A DNA stretch of 62,453 bases. It comes from an uncultured Rhodospirillaceae bacterium. Its GTDB lineage: Bacteria > Pseudomonadota > Alphaproteobacteria > UBA8366 > GCA-2717185. The notes beneath the pieces were generated by a model. The model saw only the letters and a program-made list of their open reading frames with translations. It had not been told where the DNA came from and searched no databases. Both the position numbers and the translations under genes were made by a program. The stretch lies in contig CAYYUG010000013.1 of the NCBI GenBank assembly GCA_964474755.1, positions 1-62,453 of the forward strand, read 5' to 3'. Positions 1 through 8,639 of the stretch are shown piece after piece (positions within the stretch are counted from its first letter, which is position 1; each line of letters opens with the position of its first letter).

Positions 1-588
1 GGGCTCCGAATAGGTCTTAGGTCCACCTTGCGCGTGGGTATACGTCGTATCAAGATCAATGATGTCGCGAATGTTAGCAGTTTCATCAATAATCATACTG
101 AACCAATGCGCAACGGATCGCATGGTCAATAGGCTTTCCCGTAGAGCCGCCGTGCGGCGCTCGCGTCCCGCCTCAATGCGCTTTGCGATGGCGACTTCAC
201 CCTCGCGGGATAGTAATTTCACGCTGCCCATTTCACGAAGATACAAGCGGACAGGATCATCGGTGAGAGCTTGATCGTCTAGATTGCCGATCGGCGCCGT
301 TTTTACGGCTGGTTTTACCTCCTCGGATTCAGAAACGTCATCAGACGCACTATCGTCTACAACGTCGATACCCATTTCGGACAACGTTGCCATCATGTCT
401 TCGATTTGTTCGGACGACACCTGTCCTTGCGGGAGGACTCGATTGAGCTGGCTCAATGTTATGCTGCCAAGCTCTTTGCCGGCAGCCAGCAGCTTTTCCG
501 TCTCCTGACCGATGTCGTCTATAGCCAGCGTGGCCTGTGTTGTGTCTGTTTGATCGTGACTTTGCGTTTGCTCTATCGCTAATTCCAT
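1..588 (-). CDS. rpoD: RpoD (sigma-70 group 1)-like RNA polymerase sigma factor, N-terminal part; runs off the window edge
   Basis: Not in the ORF track. Hand translation from ATG at 588 is open to position 1. It shows region 1.1 (KELGSITLSQLNRVLP..SSEQIEDMMATLSEMGIDVV) and region 1.2 (TDDPVRLYLREMGSVKLLSREGEVAIAKRIEAG). May be a paralog rather than the primary rpoD. Confidence 0.9.
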   Translation of the reverse strand, partial: MELAIEQTQSHDQTDTTQATLAIDDIGQETEKLLAAGKELGSITLSQLNRVLPQGQVSSEQIEDMMATLSEMGIDVVDDSASDDVSESEEVKPAVKTAPIGNLDDQALTDDPVRLYLREMGSVKLLSREGEVAIAKRIEAGRERRTAALRESLLTMRSVAHWFSMIIDETANIRDIIDLDTTYTHAQGGPKTYSEP

Positions 589-838
589 GATTTTCCGTTT
601 TTTGTGCTGCACAATGCTAACGTCGTCGACCCCGATATTTGCGGCGCCGAACGATGGAATTGCGAGCTTACTCCCCAAACCAAAGATAGTTTTTTATGCG
701 TCAAACGGCCGCAACATTGGCTCCACACTACGCATAGGAAAAGAGAATATTTTCAATATTTATTATTGTTTTTGCAAATATATAAAAATCGACCGAATTC
801 CGCTGCTTCCAGCCGATATATCTTTATTCTACGTATCT

Positions 839-1717
839 TTATTCTATCAAACGATCGTTACGATATTGTGCCACCGTCGCATCGAGGCCGCTTAGGGCAT
901 CTTGAAGGGCTTCGTCATCCATGTCTTCGGTGTGCACGGCGTAGACTGGGTATGAGAAGACCGGGGCGTTCGGGACTTTGCGCAGAGTGCCGTTTTGTAA
1001 ATAAGGCGCGCAAATTCGTCTTGGGAAGTACCCCGCTGCGCTAGCCCGGACTAAATAGTCTATCCCCAAGACACCAAGATCCAACGAAATGTGTGGTCGA
1101 CTGATGTCGGGAAAGTTCAACGCATGGTCGCTGCGGAATTCCGGTCCCCAATTTACGAAGACGTAATCTTCGCCCAACATCGGGTCCTTCGCCCCAGGGC
1201 TGGCCACCAAGATCATATCGTCATTGAACAATTTTCTTACCTGCAAACCACCGCGTTGTTGGGGTCGATACATGACGGCAATGTCAAGAGAGCCTTCAAG
1301 TAGGTTGTGCATCAAAATGTCGTTGTAGCCGACTTCGCATTTAATCGAGATCGCGGGCGCCTCGGCATGCATCCAGGCGAGCCAGGCGACGAGAAAGCTA
1401 CCCCAGATGCTCACCTGCCCACCTACGCGCAAAATCGCTGCAGTGTTTTCGCCGACGCCAACCTCAAGGCAAGCCTGATCCCAAATGCGGGCAAGGGCGA
1501 CTGCGTGCTTGGCGAACTCGCGGCCGGTCTTTGTCAGGGACGCGCCATTTTTGTTACGAGCGAAGACCTTGACACCCAGCTGCTCTTCTAGAGCACGAAT
1601 ACGCATACTTACCGTCGACTGAGTGACGTGTACATGGGCCGCGGCAGAGACGAAGCTGCCCGTCTCGACAACTGCTAAAAATGTCCGAATAATTGTAATG
1701 TCCATCTTCGGGTCCAT
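839..1717 (-). CDS. LysR-type transcriptional regulator
   Basis: N-terminal HTH (TFLAVVETGSFVSAAAHVHVTQSTVSMRIRALEEQLG), 292 aa, divergent from the dioxygenase pair. Confidence 0.95.
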   Translation of the reverse strand: MDPKMDITIIRTFLAVVETGSFVSAAAHVHVTQSTVSMRIRALEEQLGVKVFARNKNGASLTKTGREFAKHAVALARIWDQACLEVGVGENTAAILRVGGQVSIWGSFLVAWLAWMHAEAPAISIKCEVGYNDILMHNLLEGSLDIAVMYRPQQRGGLQVRKLFNDDMILVASPGAKDPMLGEDYVFVNWGPEFRSDHALNFPDISRPHISLDLGVLGIDYLVRASAAGYFPRRICAPYLQNGTLRKVPNAPVFSYPVYAVHTEDMDDEALQDALSGLDATVAQYRNDRLIE

Positions 1718-1738
1718 TTAACGTGTAACTAAAATAAT

Positions 1739-1753
1739 ATTCGATAATCGAAT
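1739..1753. promoter_or_regulatory. Putative LTTR recognition site (T-N11-A palindrome)
   Basis: ATTCGAT-A-ATCGAAT in the divergent LysR/TauD intergenic region. Confidence 0.55.
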
Positions 1754-1920
1754 TTAATTTAGCAATTGAATTCGAGTTTTCTTTAAATGAACAAAATCCC
1801 AAATTTTCCCGTTTGCGCAGACAGTGTTGATAGATTTGCCCCATTGGGCGCAAAATGTGTCTACCTGCCGAGGGATATCTAAACTTTTCACCGGGTGCGC
1901 GTGCCGTGAAAGTTAAATGC

Positions 1921-2910
1921 ATGAGTTTGACGACCGAAATGCAGACGCCATCGATGCTGGACCGGGCGGTGCGGGGGCGCAAGGCTTGGCGTCGTGACAC
2001 TTTGTGCCGCGACAATTGGTTCGTGCCGTTTCCCAATTCGTGTCTATCCGAGATCGCTGCCGTCATCGATAAATTGCGCGTCAATCCGGTGCCGGTGATC
2101 GCGCTTGACTGCGACGAATACGAACTCGAGGCATGTCACCGTTTTATGAAGCGTGTGCGTGCCGGGCTTGCGAAGGGCGTTGGGTTTGCCATCGTAGATA
2201 AATTGCCTGTCGATCGATATTCGAAAGAGGAACTCACGTCGATTTACTGGTTGTTGAGCAAGATGATTGCTCGGCCCGTCGCCCAATCTTTCGACGGGAC
2301 TTTGCTCTACGACGTGCATGATACTGGTAAGAAAATCGCCCCCCGCACCCGTGGGGATAAGACTAACCAAAAGCTTGCCTGGCATACGGATTATGGTTTT
2401 AACTATCCGCCTCCTTTCTTCGGGCTTATGATGTTGCGTTCAGGCAAGACCGGTGGCGAGAGCGCCGTCGTCAGTTTGGGGCATGTGCACAACGAAATGC
2501 GCCGTCATTATCCGGGACAGCTGGCGCGCCTCTACAAACCCTTTTATTGGAACCGCCAGGGGGAACACCCGCCTGGCGACCAGATCACCAGCGTCAATCC
2601 AATTTTCCGCTATGACGGGGACCGGCTGCGCGCCCGGGTCAATTTTCGCCTCCTTCAAGTGGGCTATCAATTGAAAGGCGAACTGATGGATGATGAGGGC
2701 GTTGCAGCACTTGAAGCGCTCTATACGGTGATGGACGATCCAGCGAACCATTTTGTTTTCACGCTCGAAGCTGGACAAATCCAGTATCTGAACAATTGGT
2801 GGTGCGCTCACCAGCGTTTGGACTATGTTGATTTTGAAGAACCGGACAAGCGTCGGCATCTCGTTCGCATTTTTCTGCGCAACGAAGGTTTACGCAGCTA
2901 TATGGGGTGA
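1921..2910 (+). CDS. TauD/TfdA-family Fe(II)/2-oxoglutarate dioxygenase (CAS-like)
   Basis: WHTD, GGES, NNWWCAHQR, RHLVRIFL motifs; start uncertain (1921 or 1939). Confidence 0.85.
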   Translation: MSLTTEMQTPSMLDRAVRGRKAWRRDTLCRDNWFVPFPNSCLSEIAAVIDKLRVNPVPVIALDCDEYELEACHRFMKRVRAGLAKGVGFAIVDKLPVDRYSKEELTSIYWLLSKMIARPVAQSFDGTLLYDVHDTGKKIAPRTRGDKTNQKLAWHTDYGFNYPPPFFGLMMLRSGKTGGESAVVSLGHVHNEMRRHYPGQLARLYKPFYWNRQGEHPPGDQITSVNPIFRYDGDRLRARVNFRLLQVGYQLKGELMDDEGVAALEALYTVMDDPANHFVFTLEAGQIQYLNNWWCAHQRLDYVDFEEPDKRRHLVRIFLRNEGLRSYMG

Positions 2911-2917
2911 GGGAAGC

Positions 2918-3769
2918 ATGCCGAATTGTCTGACCAATCAGCAGATCGCTGATTACCGTAGCGACGGTTATTTGTTTCCGGTGGCGGCGATGGGCGAGAG
3001 GGAAGCGGCCCGCTATTTTGGTCTGCTGCAGGAATATGAAGAGAAATTAGGTGGCTTGGTGAGTTCGGTTGGCGGTGCTGCGCGTTTCAAGAACCATTTG
3101 CTGCTGACCTGGGCGAATGATCTTGTTCGCCATCCCGTGATCCTTGATGCGGTGGAAGATCTGATCGGTCCGGACATCCTCTGCTACACCAGCACATTCT
3201 TCGTGAAGGAGCCAAATAGTTTGGAGGTGGCCGCTTGGCACCAGGACGCTACATATTTTGGTCTACAGCCGCATGACCACGTCACGGCGTGGTTGGCATT
3301 CACTGAGTCGACGCCGGAAAGCGGCTGCCTTGAATTCCTGCCAGCGCGGAATGCGCATCGCCAGCACAAGCACCTAAACGATGCGGTCGAGTATAGCGTC
3401 AACGGCGGTAAGCAGGCGATTGTGGAGAATTTGAATGTAGACGGTGCCGTAATGGCACCCCTCCGACCAGGAAACTTCTCGCTTCACAATACTTTGTGCA
3501 TTCATCGCTCTGCACCGAACCGATCGAAGAAACGGCGTATTGGCATTGGTATCAGCTACGTACCGACCAGTGTCAAACATATCGGCACCCACCGGATGCC
3601 GGCGATGTTGGTCCGGGGTATGGACAAATATGGACATTTTGCGCTGGAGCCCGATCCCGTGTGCAACCTCGACGATGCAGCCCGCACAGCGCATGAAGAA
3701 TCCTACAAGGCCTATCGGGCAAATTACAACGAACAGCTAGCGTGGCACCACGAGGGCCGAAGCCACTGA
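2918..3769 (+). CDS. PhyH (phytanoyl-CoA dioxygenase)-family Fe(II)/2OG enzyme
   Basis: WHQDATY (HxD), distal His in CIHRS, SGCLEFLP; ATG at 2918 after GAGGGAAG. Confidence 0.9.
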   Translation: MPNCLTNQQIADYRSDGYLFPVAAMGEREAARYFGLLQEYEEKLGGLVSSVGGAARFKNHLLLTWANDLVRHPVILDAVEDLIGPDILCYTSTFFVKEPNSLEVAAWHQDATYFGLQPHDHVTAWLAFTESTPESGCLEFLPARNAHRQHKHLNDAVEYSVNGGKQAIVENLNVDGAVMAPLRPGNFSLHNTLCIHRSAPNRSKKRRIGIGISYVPTSVKHIGTHRMPAMLVRGMDKYGHFALEPDPVCNLDDAARTAHEESYKAYRANYNEQLAWHHEGRSH

Positions 3770-4555
3770 TCAGTGCGTCGTATAGCCGCCGTCGATGATA
3801 AGGTCTGTGCCCTGCATATAGGTCGCGTCGGTTGCGGCGAGATAGAAAGCTAATTCTGCGATTTCCTCCGGTTCGCCGAACCGCCCGGATCGCAGATAGG
3901 TGCCTCGTGTGTTGATGTAGTCTGGGTCCTTTTCCAGCCGGTCGAGGATCGGTTGGGTCAGGATTGGGCCAGGGCTGATCGAGTTGACGATGATATTTTC
4001 CTCGCCTAGTTCGAAGGCCATGGTCTTCGTCAAATGGATCAGCGCCGCCTTTGTCAAGCCGTAGATCGCACGCTTGTCGAAAGCTACGGACCCCATCTGG
4101 CTGGCAATATGAATGATCCGGCCGCCGCCCTGCTTGCGCATCGCCGGCAGCACTGCCTGGCTGGCAAAAAACGCGGCAGCGACATTCACAGCGACGATCT
4201 TATCGAACTCCGTTCGGCTAAATTCGCCGAATGGCTTATGATCGCGGATACCCGCATTGTTGACTAGGATGTCGATCTGTCCATGTGTCTCTAGGGCAAT
4301 TTCGATCATGGCCTCCGGCGCCCCTGGTTCTGCCAGGTCCAACTGTCCAGACTCGATCTTGGCGCCATTGGGGCTGAGGCCGCGGCAGGTTTTCACCGCT
4401 TCGCTCAGCTGTTGCTCAGTTCCTTCCGCGACGAGATACAGGGCAGCCCCCTCTGCTGCGTAGCGCCGTGCGATCGCGTTGCCGATGCCTTTCGGGGTCG
4501 AGGCGCCGGTAACAACCGCGACCTTACCGTTCAATCCATCTTTTAAACCGCTCAT
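3770..4555 (-). CDS. Short-chain dehydrogenase/reductase
   Basis: VVTGAS..GIG, LVNNAG, YGLTK (YxxxK), IIDGG. Confidence 0.95.
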   Translation of the reverse strand: MSGLKDGLNGKVAVVTGASTPKGIGNAIARRYAAEGAALYLVAEGTEQQLSEAVKTCRGLSPNGAKIESGQLDLAEPGAPEAMIEIALETHGQIDILVNNAGIRDHKPFGEFSRTEFDKIVAVNVAAAFFASQAVLPAMRKQGGGRIIHIASQMGSVAFDKRAIYGLTKAALIHLTKTMAFELGEENIIVNSISPGPILTQPILDRLEKDPDYINTRGTYLRSGRFGEPEEIAELAFYLAATDATYMQGTDLIIDGGYTTH

Positions 4556-4566
4556 GGTCTCGCCCC

Positions 4567-5352
4567 TTAGTTCCGCCAGTCCGTGCTGATGTCTTGGTCG
4601 ACCTTTCGAATCATAGCCGGCCACTGCATGTTCTTGGACGCAAAGCCATTCTTTCCAAAAAGCTTTGCCGCCAGGTTAATCGTCTCTTCTTGTACCTTCT
4701 TGTCGGGCAACTTCAGCTTCTGACCCATGCTTAGGATGTCGACCTGGTACTGGCAGGCCATTTCCATGCGATACATCCAGAAGAACGCCTCGCCAATGGT
4801 TTCGCCAACCGTCAGTAACCCGTGATTACGCAGCACCAGGATCCGGGCATCGGCCAGATGTTCGACGATGCGCGCCCGCTCGTCATGATCCAGCGCCACA
4901 GATTCGTAGTCGTGGTAGGCGACGAAGGGGATGAGGGTCAGCGCCTTCTGGTGATAAGGCAGAAGCCCATCTTCCATGCAAGCGACTGCGTTTCCCGCGC
5001 GAGTGTGTGTGTGCAGCACCGCATTCATTTTGTCCGATGACATATGAACCGCAGAATGAATTGTGAAGCCAGCTGGGTTGATGGGTAGTGTGCTATCGCT
5101 CAGCATATTACCGCCTTCGTCAACCTTGACGAGGGAGGATGCGGTGATTTCGCTGAACAGCATGCCGTAGGGATTGAGCAGGAAGTGGTCCGTACCGGGT
5201 ACACGCAGCGATACATGGGTCCCAAATAGATCACTCCAACCGTAATAGTCCACCAGTCGGTAGCAAGCGGCGAGATCACAGCGGGCCTCCCACTCCTCTG
5301 GGCTGTACTCGCTGGGCACGGGGCCATATTTGCTTAGTCCTGCAGAGGACAT
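4567..5352 (-). CDS. Class II aldolase/adducin family protein
   Basis: FLLNPYG, NPAGFTIHSAVH, HTHT, LRNHGLLTVG; start taken at MSSAG. Confidence 0.92.
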   Translation of the reverse strand: MSSAGLSKYGPVPSEYSPEEWEARCDLAACYRLVDYYGWSDLFGTHVSLRVPGTDHFLLNPYGMLFSEITASSLVKVDEGGNMLSDSTLPINPAGFTIHSAVHMSSDKMNAVLHTHTRAGNAVACMEDGLLPYHQKALTLIPFVAYHDYESVALDHDERARIVEHLADARILVLRNHGLLTVGETIGEAFFWMYRMEMACQYQVDILSMGQKLKLPDKKVQEETINLAAKLFGKNGFASKNMQWPAMIRKVDQDISTDWRN

Positions 5353-5428
5353 AGAAATTCCTTTCATAGGGCGAAACGCAGTGCGTTGCGAGAATAGCCG
5401 CCAGTGGCCTTGCGCCAAAGCGTGCCAG

Positions 5429-6355
5429 TCAGACGCCCCCGCGCATCCAGGAAAGATAGGCAGCGACGCCAGCACGTACATCGGTTTTCGGATCAAAGCC
5501 AAGGTCGCGTTCCGCGGCAGTAATGTCCATTGGTGTCCGGGTCGTTGTCGTCGTCGCTGCATCGGTTCCGAAGGCGATATCAGCTCCTGGGATCAGATCG
5601 GATACGATTGCCGCCAGCTCAGCGTCACTGGTCATCCCGCGGTTACTTATGTTGTAGGCAGCCAGCGGCGTATCCTGCACATCGAGAGCCAAGGCAAGCG
5701 CTTCGATTACATCGTCGCGATAGACATATTGGTAACGGGTATTGCCATCGCCGTCCGGTCGCGATGGATTCCCAGCGAGCGCATCCTCCAGCAGCGTCTT
5801 TACGAAAGATTGCGTGCTTCGGCCAGGACCATAGACCCGCCCAATGCGCAAAGCGATCCCGTTGAGCCCATGTTCGGCACGATAGGCGTGGATCAGCGCG
5901 TCACCAGCGGCTTTACTGGCACCATACACATCTACGGGCCGAAAGGGTCCTGTTTCTGTTAGCTGCGTATCACTGTCGACCCATCCGTAGGCCGCAATGG
6001 AGGAACAATGAACGAACCGCTTGATGTTGAAGTGACGTGCGAGGTCCATCAGTTGCACCGTTGCAGTGATGTTGATGGCGCAGACATCGAGCGGCCGGTC
6101 CGGTGCAACCATCGGGCCGGATATGCCACCGCAATGCACAACGCCATCAAAACCGTATCGTTCGAAAAGCTCTTGCAACGTCTTGCCGTTGCGTAATTCG
6201 CCCATCTCGACCGCGTAACCTGGATCGCCGCCAGTGGGTAGACCGAGATCGAACCCGACGACGTCGCGTCCTTCCACGGAGAGTTTTTGGGCGAGGGCCC
6301 GACCGAGCATGCCATTCGTGCCGGTAACAAGAATTTTGCTGAGTTTTTCTGTCAT
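5429..6355 (-). CDS. NAD-dependent epimerase/dehydratase (extended SDR)
   Basis: LVTGTNGMLG, SSIAAYG, YGASK, VYGPG. Confidence 0.92.
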   Translation of the reverse strand: MTEKLSKILVTGTNGMLGRALAQKLSVEGRDVVGFDLGLPTGGDPGYAVEMGELRNGKTLQELFERYGFDGVVHCGGISGPMVAPDRPLDVCAINITATVQLMDLARHFNIKRFVHCSSIAAYGWVDSDTQLTETGPFRPVDVYGASKAAGDALIHAYRAEHGLNGIALRIGRVYGPGRSTQSFVKTLLEDALAGNPSRPDGDGNTRYQYVYRDDVIEALALALDVQDTPLAAYNISNRGMTSDAELAAIVSDLIPGADIAFGTDAATTTTTRTPMDITAAERDLGFDPKTDVRAGVAAYLSWMRGGV

Positions 6356-6440
6356 GGATCGTTCGTCTAGCGGTTAGATGCGTTAGCATGACCCGGCACT
6401 AGTAGCAGACGCAAATGTGCGAGGGGAAGGAAGTGGCGCC

Positions 6441-7760
6441 GTGACGATCCATCAACGTGTCTGGCGTATGGCGGGACCGATTATCCTGTCTAATGTGTCA
6501 GTGCCGTTACTCGGCGCTGTGGACACAGCTGTCGTTGGTCATCTACCGGAAGCCTATTACATCGGAGCCGTGGGCGTCGGTGCGGTGATCTTCAGTTTTA
6601 TCTTTTTTATTTTTAACTTCCTCCGCATGGGCACGACGGCGCCAACAGCGCAGGCGGTGGGTGCTGACGATTGGGCGGAAGTACGGGCCATGTTGGGACG
6701 CGCCTGGTTTCTCGCGTTGTTGATTGGCACCGGTCTGATTCTGCTGCAATTGCCGATCGTGACCTTCGCGATTTGGATAGTAGAGGCGTCCGATGAGGTC
6801 GAGGTTTTGGCCGAGCGCTATTTCCTGATCCGGATCTGGGCGGCGCCCGCGGCGCTGTCGACATACGCAATCATCGGCTGGTTCTACGGGATGCAGGAAA
6901 CCCGTATTCCATTAGTCCTGCAGGTCGGGATTAATGTCGTCAATATCCTGCTTGATCTGCTGTTCGTCTTTGGTTTTGGCTGGGGGGTTGAAGGCGTCGC
7001 CGCCGCGTCGCTGATAGCGGAATATGCCGGGGTATGCGTCGCGGTCTATTTTGTGCACCGGCACCTGAAACATTTGCCGCTGGCCCGGAACCGGGTGCGT
7101 ATCTTTGATTTCACAAAAATAAAACTCATCCTCACCTTCAACAGCTTCATATTTTTGCGGACCCTATGCGTTGTATCCGGCACTGCCATATTCATGACTC
7201 AGGGTGCGAAGCTGGGCGATGTCCCATTGGCTGCCAACCACGTCCTGTACAATTTAATGTTGATCACCTCGTTTGGCCTCGATGGGCTGGCGAACACAGC
7301 GGAAGCGTTGATCGGTCAGGCGATCGGACGCGGTGATCGCGGCGCCTTCGATCGGGCGGCCCGAGCCGTCCTGCTCTGGTCTGGCGTGGTTGGGGTGGTT
7401 AACTTTTTGATTTATTGGCTCTTCGGTTCGGCGATTATCGCGTTGCTGACAGATATCGAGGCGGTCCGGATGGCTGCGGCTGTCTATTTGCCCTGGGCTA
7501 TTGTGATGCCACTAATTTCCGTTTGGGCTTTTACCTTCGACGGCATCTTTCTGGGCGCCGGCCGCGCCCGCACTATGCTCTCCTGTATGCTGTTTTCCTT
7601 CGTCGTGTATATGGTGGCAATGTTTACTTTGTTGCCCGCCTACGACAATCACGCACTCTGGTTGGCGCTGAACGTGTTCCTTGGGTTCCGGGGCCTCACC
7701 TTGATGTTGTGCTATCCTCGTTTGCGCCGGGAGCTGAAAAAACCAATGCTCAGTCGTTGA
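6441..7760 (+). CDS. dinF: MATE-family efflux transporter (DinF-like)
   Basis: PIILSNVSVPLLGAVDTAVVGHL, FLRMGTT, about 12 TM segments; start GTG at 6441 or 6417. Confidence 0.9.
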   Translation: MTIHQRVWRMAGPIILSNVSVPLLGAVDTAVVGHLPEAYYIGAVGVGAVIFSFIFFIFNFLRMGTTAPTAQAVGADDWAEVRAMLGRAWFLALLIGTGLILLQLPIVTFAIWIVEASDEVEVLAERYFLIRIWAAPAALSTYAIIGWFYGMQETRIPLVLQVGINVVNILLDLLFVFGFGWGVEGVAAASLIAEYAGVCVAVYFVHRHLKHLPLARNRVRIFDFTKIKLILTFNSFIFLRTLCVVSGTAIFMTQGAKLGDVPLAANHVLYNLMLITSFGLDGLANTAEALIGQAIGRGDRGAFDRAARAVLLWSGVVGVVNFLIYWLFGSAIIALLTDIEAVRMAAAVYLPWAIVMPLISVWAFTFDGIFLGAGRARTMLSCMLFSFVVYMVAMFTLLPAYDNHALWLALNVFLGFRGLTLMLCYPRLRRELKKPMLSR

Positions 7761-7829
7761 TTGCAAATTCAGGTGCTGCCCGTCATTTTAAATATTCACT
7801 ATTCACCACGACCCTGACCCTCCCGGTTC

Positions 7830-8639
7830 ATGAATAACGCTAGCTTGCAACCTCCCATGTCTCGCCCGGTGCTGCGCAAGAACGCGTTGCTGGTCGCGCT
7901 CGGTTCCGTTGCGGGACTGACAGTGCTGTTTTTCACCGTACGGCCGGTTCTTCCAGTGGCGTGGTCCACGCCGGGTAGTCCTGAGCTCTATCTGACCGGC
8001 GTGCTTGGCGCGATACTATGTCTAACTCCCTTTGCCTTCTCGATCGCCAAACGGTCCGGCATGACGGAGAGCCCGCCTGCCTGGTTCATCGCCCACGTTT
8101 TAGCTGCAATGGTTGGCGTGGCGCTTTTGGTCGTTCATTCCGGGCTGTATGTGCGGCGACCCCCCGCACTGCTTTTGGCCGGCGGCTTGTTTTTGGTGCT
8201 GCAAGGAACCTGGGTGCGGGCCTATTTTGCGCACCATGTGTCTGGCGTGTTTGGGAGTAAGTATGAGGCGATCATTGGAACTGGCTCAGTGGACAAGGTT
8301 CAGCTGCAAAATATCATCGAGGCGAAGGTGGTGTTGCTGTCCCAGCTCGATCGGGGCGCAGATGAAGCGTTGTTCTCGCCAACCCTGTCGCACTGGATTC
8401 GGTATCCAATTTTGAGTTTTCAGTACACGAAACTGGCGAGAGTGGAGGAAAATCTCATCGGCCAACGCCGCGCAATATCTCCAGTGCTGGGCTATTGGCG
8501 CGCCTTGCATATTGGGATCGCGTTTTTGTTCCTGATAGGTTTGTTCGTGCATGTGGTGACGGTGACGTTTTTCGCCGGCTATGTGGCCGGTGGTAGTCCG
8601 ATCACTTGGTGGCATCTCGCCGCTTTGGGGGGGCCATGA
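7830..8639 (+). CDS. Membrane protein, predicted di-heme cytochrome b (ferric-reductase-like TM domain)
   Basis: Several TM helices; two H-x13-H pairs (AHVLAAMVGVALLVVH and LHIGIAFLFLIGLFVH); ATGA overlap with the next gene. Confidence 0.7.
   Translation: MNNASLQPPMSRPVLRKNALLVALGSVAGLTVLFFTVRPVLPVAWSTPGSPELYLTGVLGAILCLTPFAFSIAKRSGMTESPPAWFIAHVLAAMVGVALLVVHSGLYVRRPPALLLAGGLFLVLQGTWVRAYFAHHVSGVFGSKYEAIIGTGSVDKVQLQNIIEAKVVLLSQLDRGADEALFSPTLSHWIRYPILSFQYTKLARVEENLIGQRRAISPVLGYWRALHIGIAFLFLIGLFVHVVTVTFFAGYVAGGSPITWWHLAALGGP

Noticed and set aside
587-1044. Plus-strand ORFs 587-895 and 604-1044, and the many antisense ORFs nested in genes across the window
   Set aside because: Shadow frames opposite well-supported genes or promoter DNA; no motifs.
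2918-3769. PhyH enzymes as halogenases
   Set aside because: Both PhyH proteins keep HxD; halogenases have HxG/A.
8606-8635. SRRFGG at the ORF-track start of the Mo enzyme as a Tat signal
   Set aside because: It lies inside the upstream gene, has no hydrophobic region after it, and the ATGA-coupled start at 8636 is more plausible.
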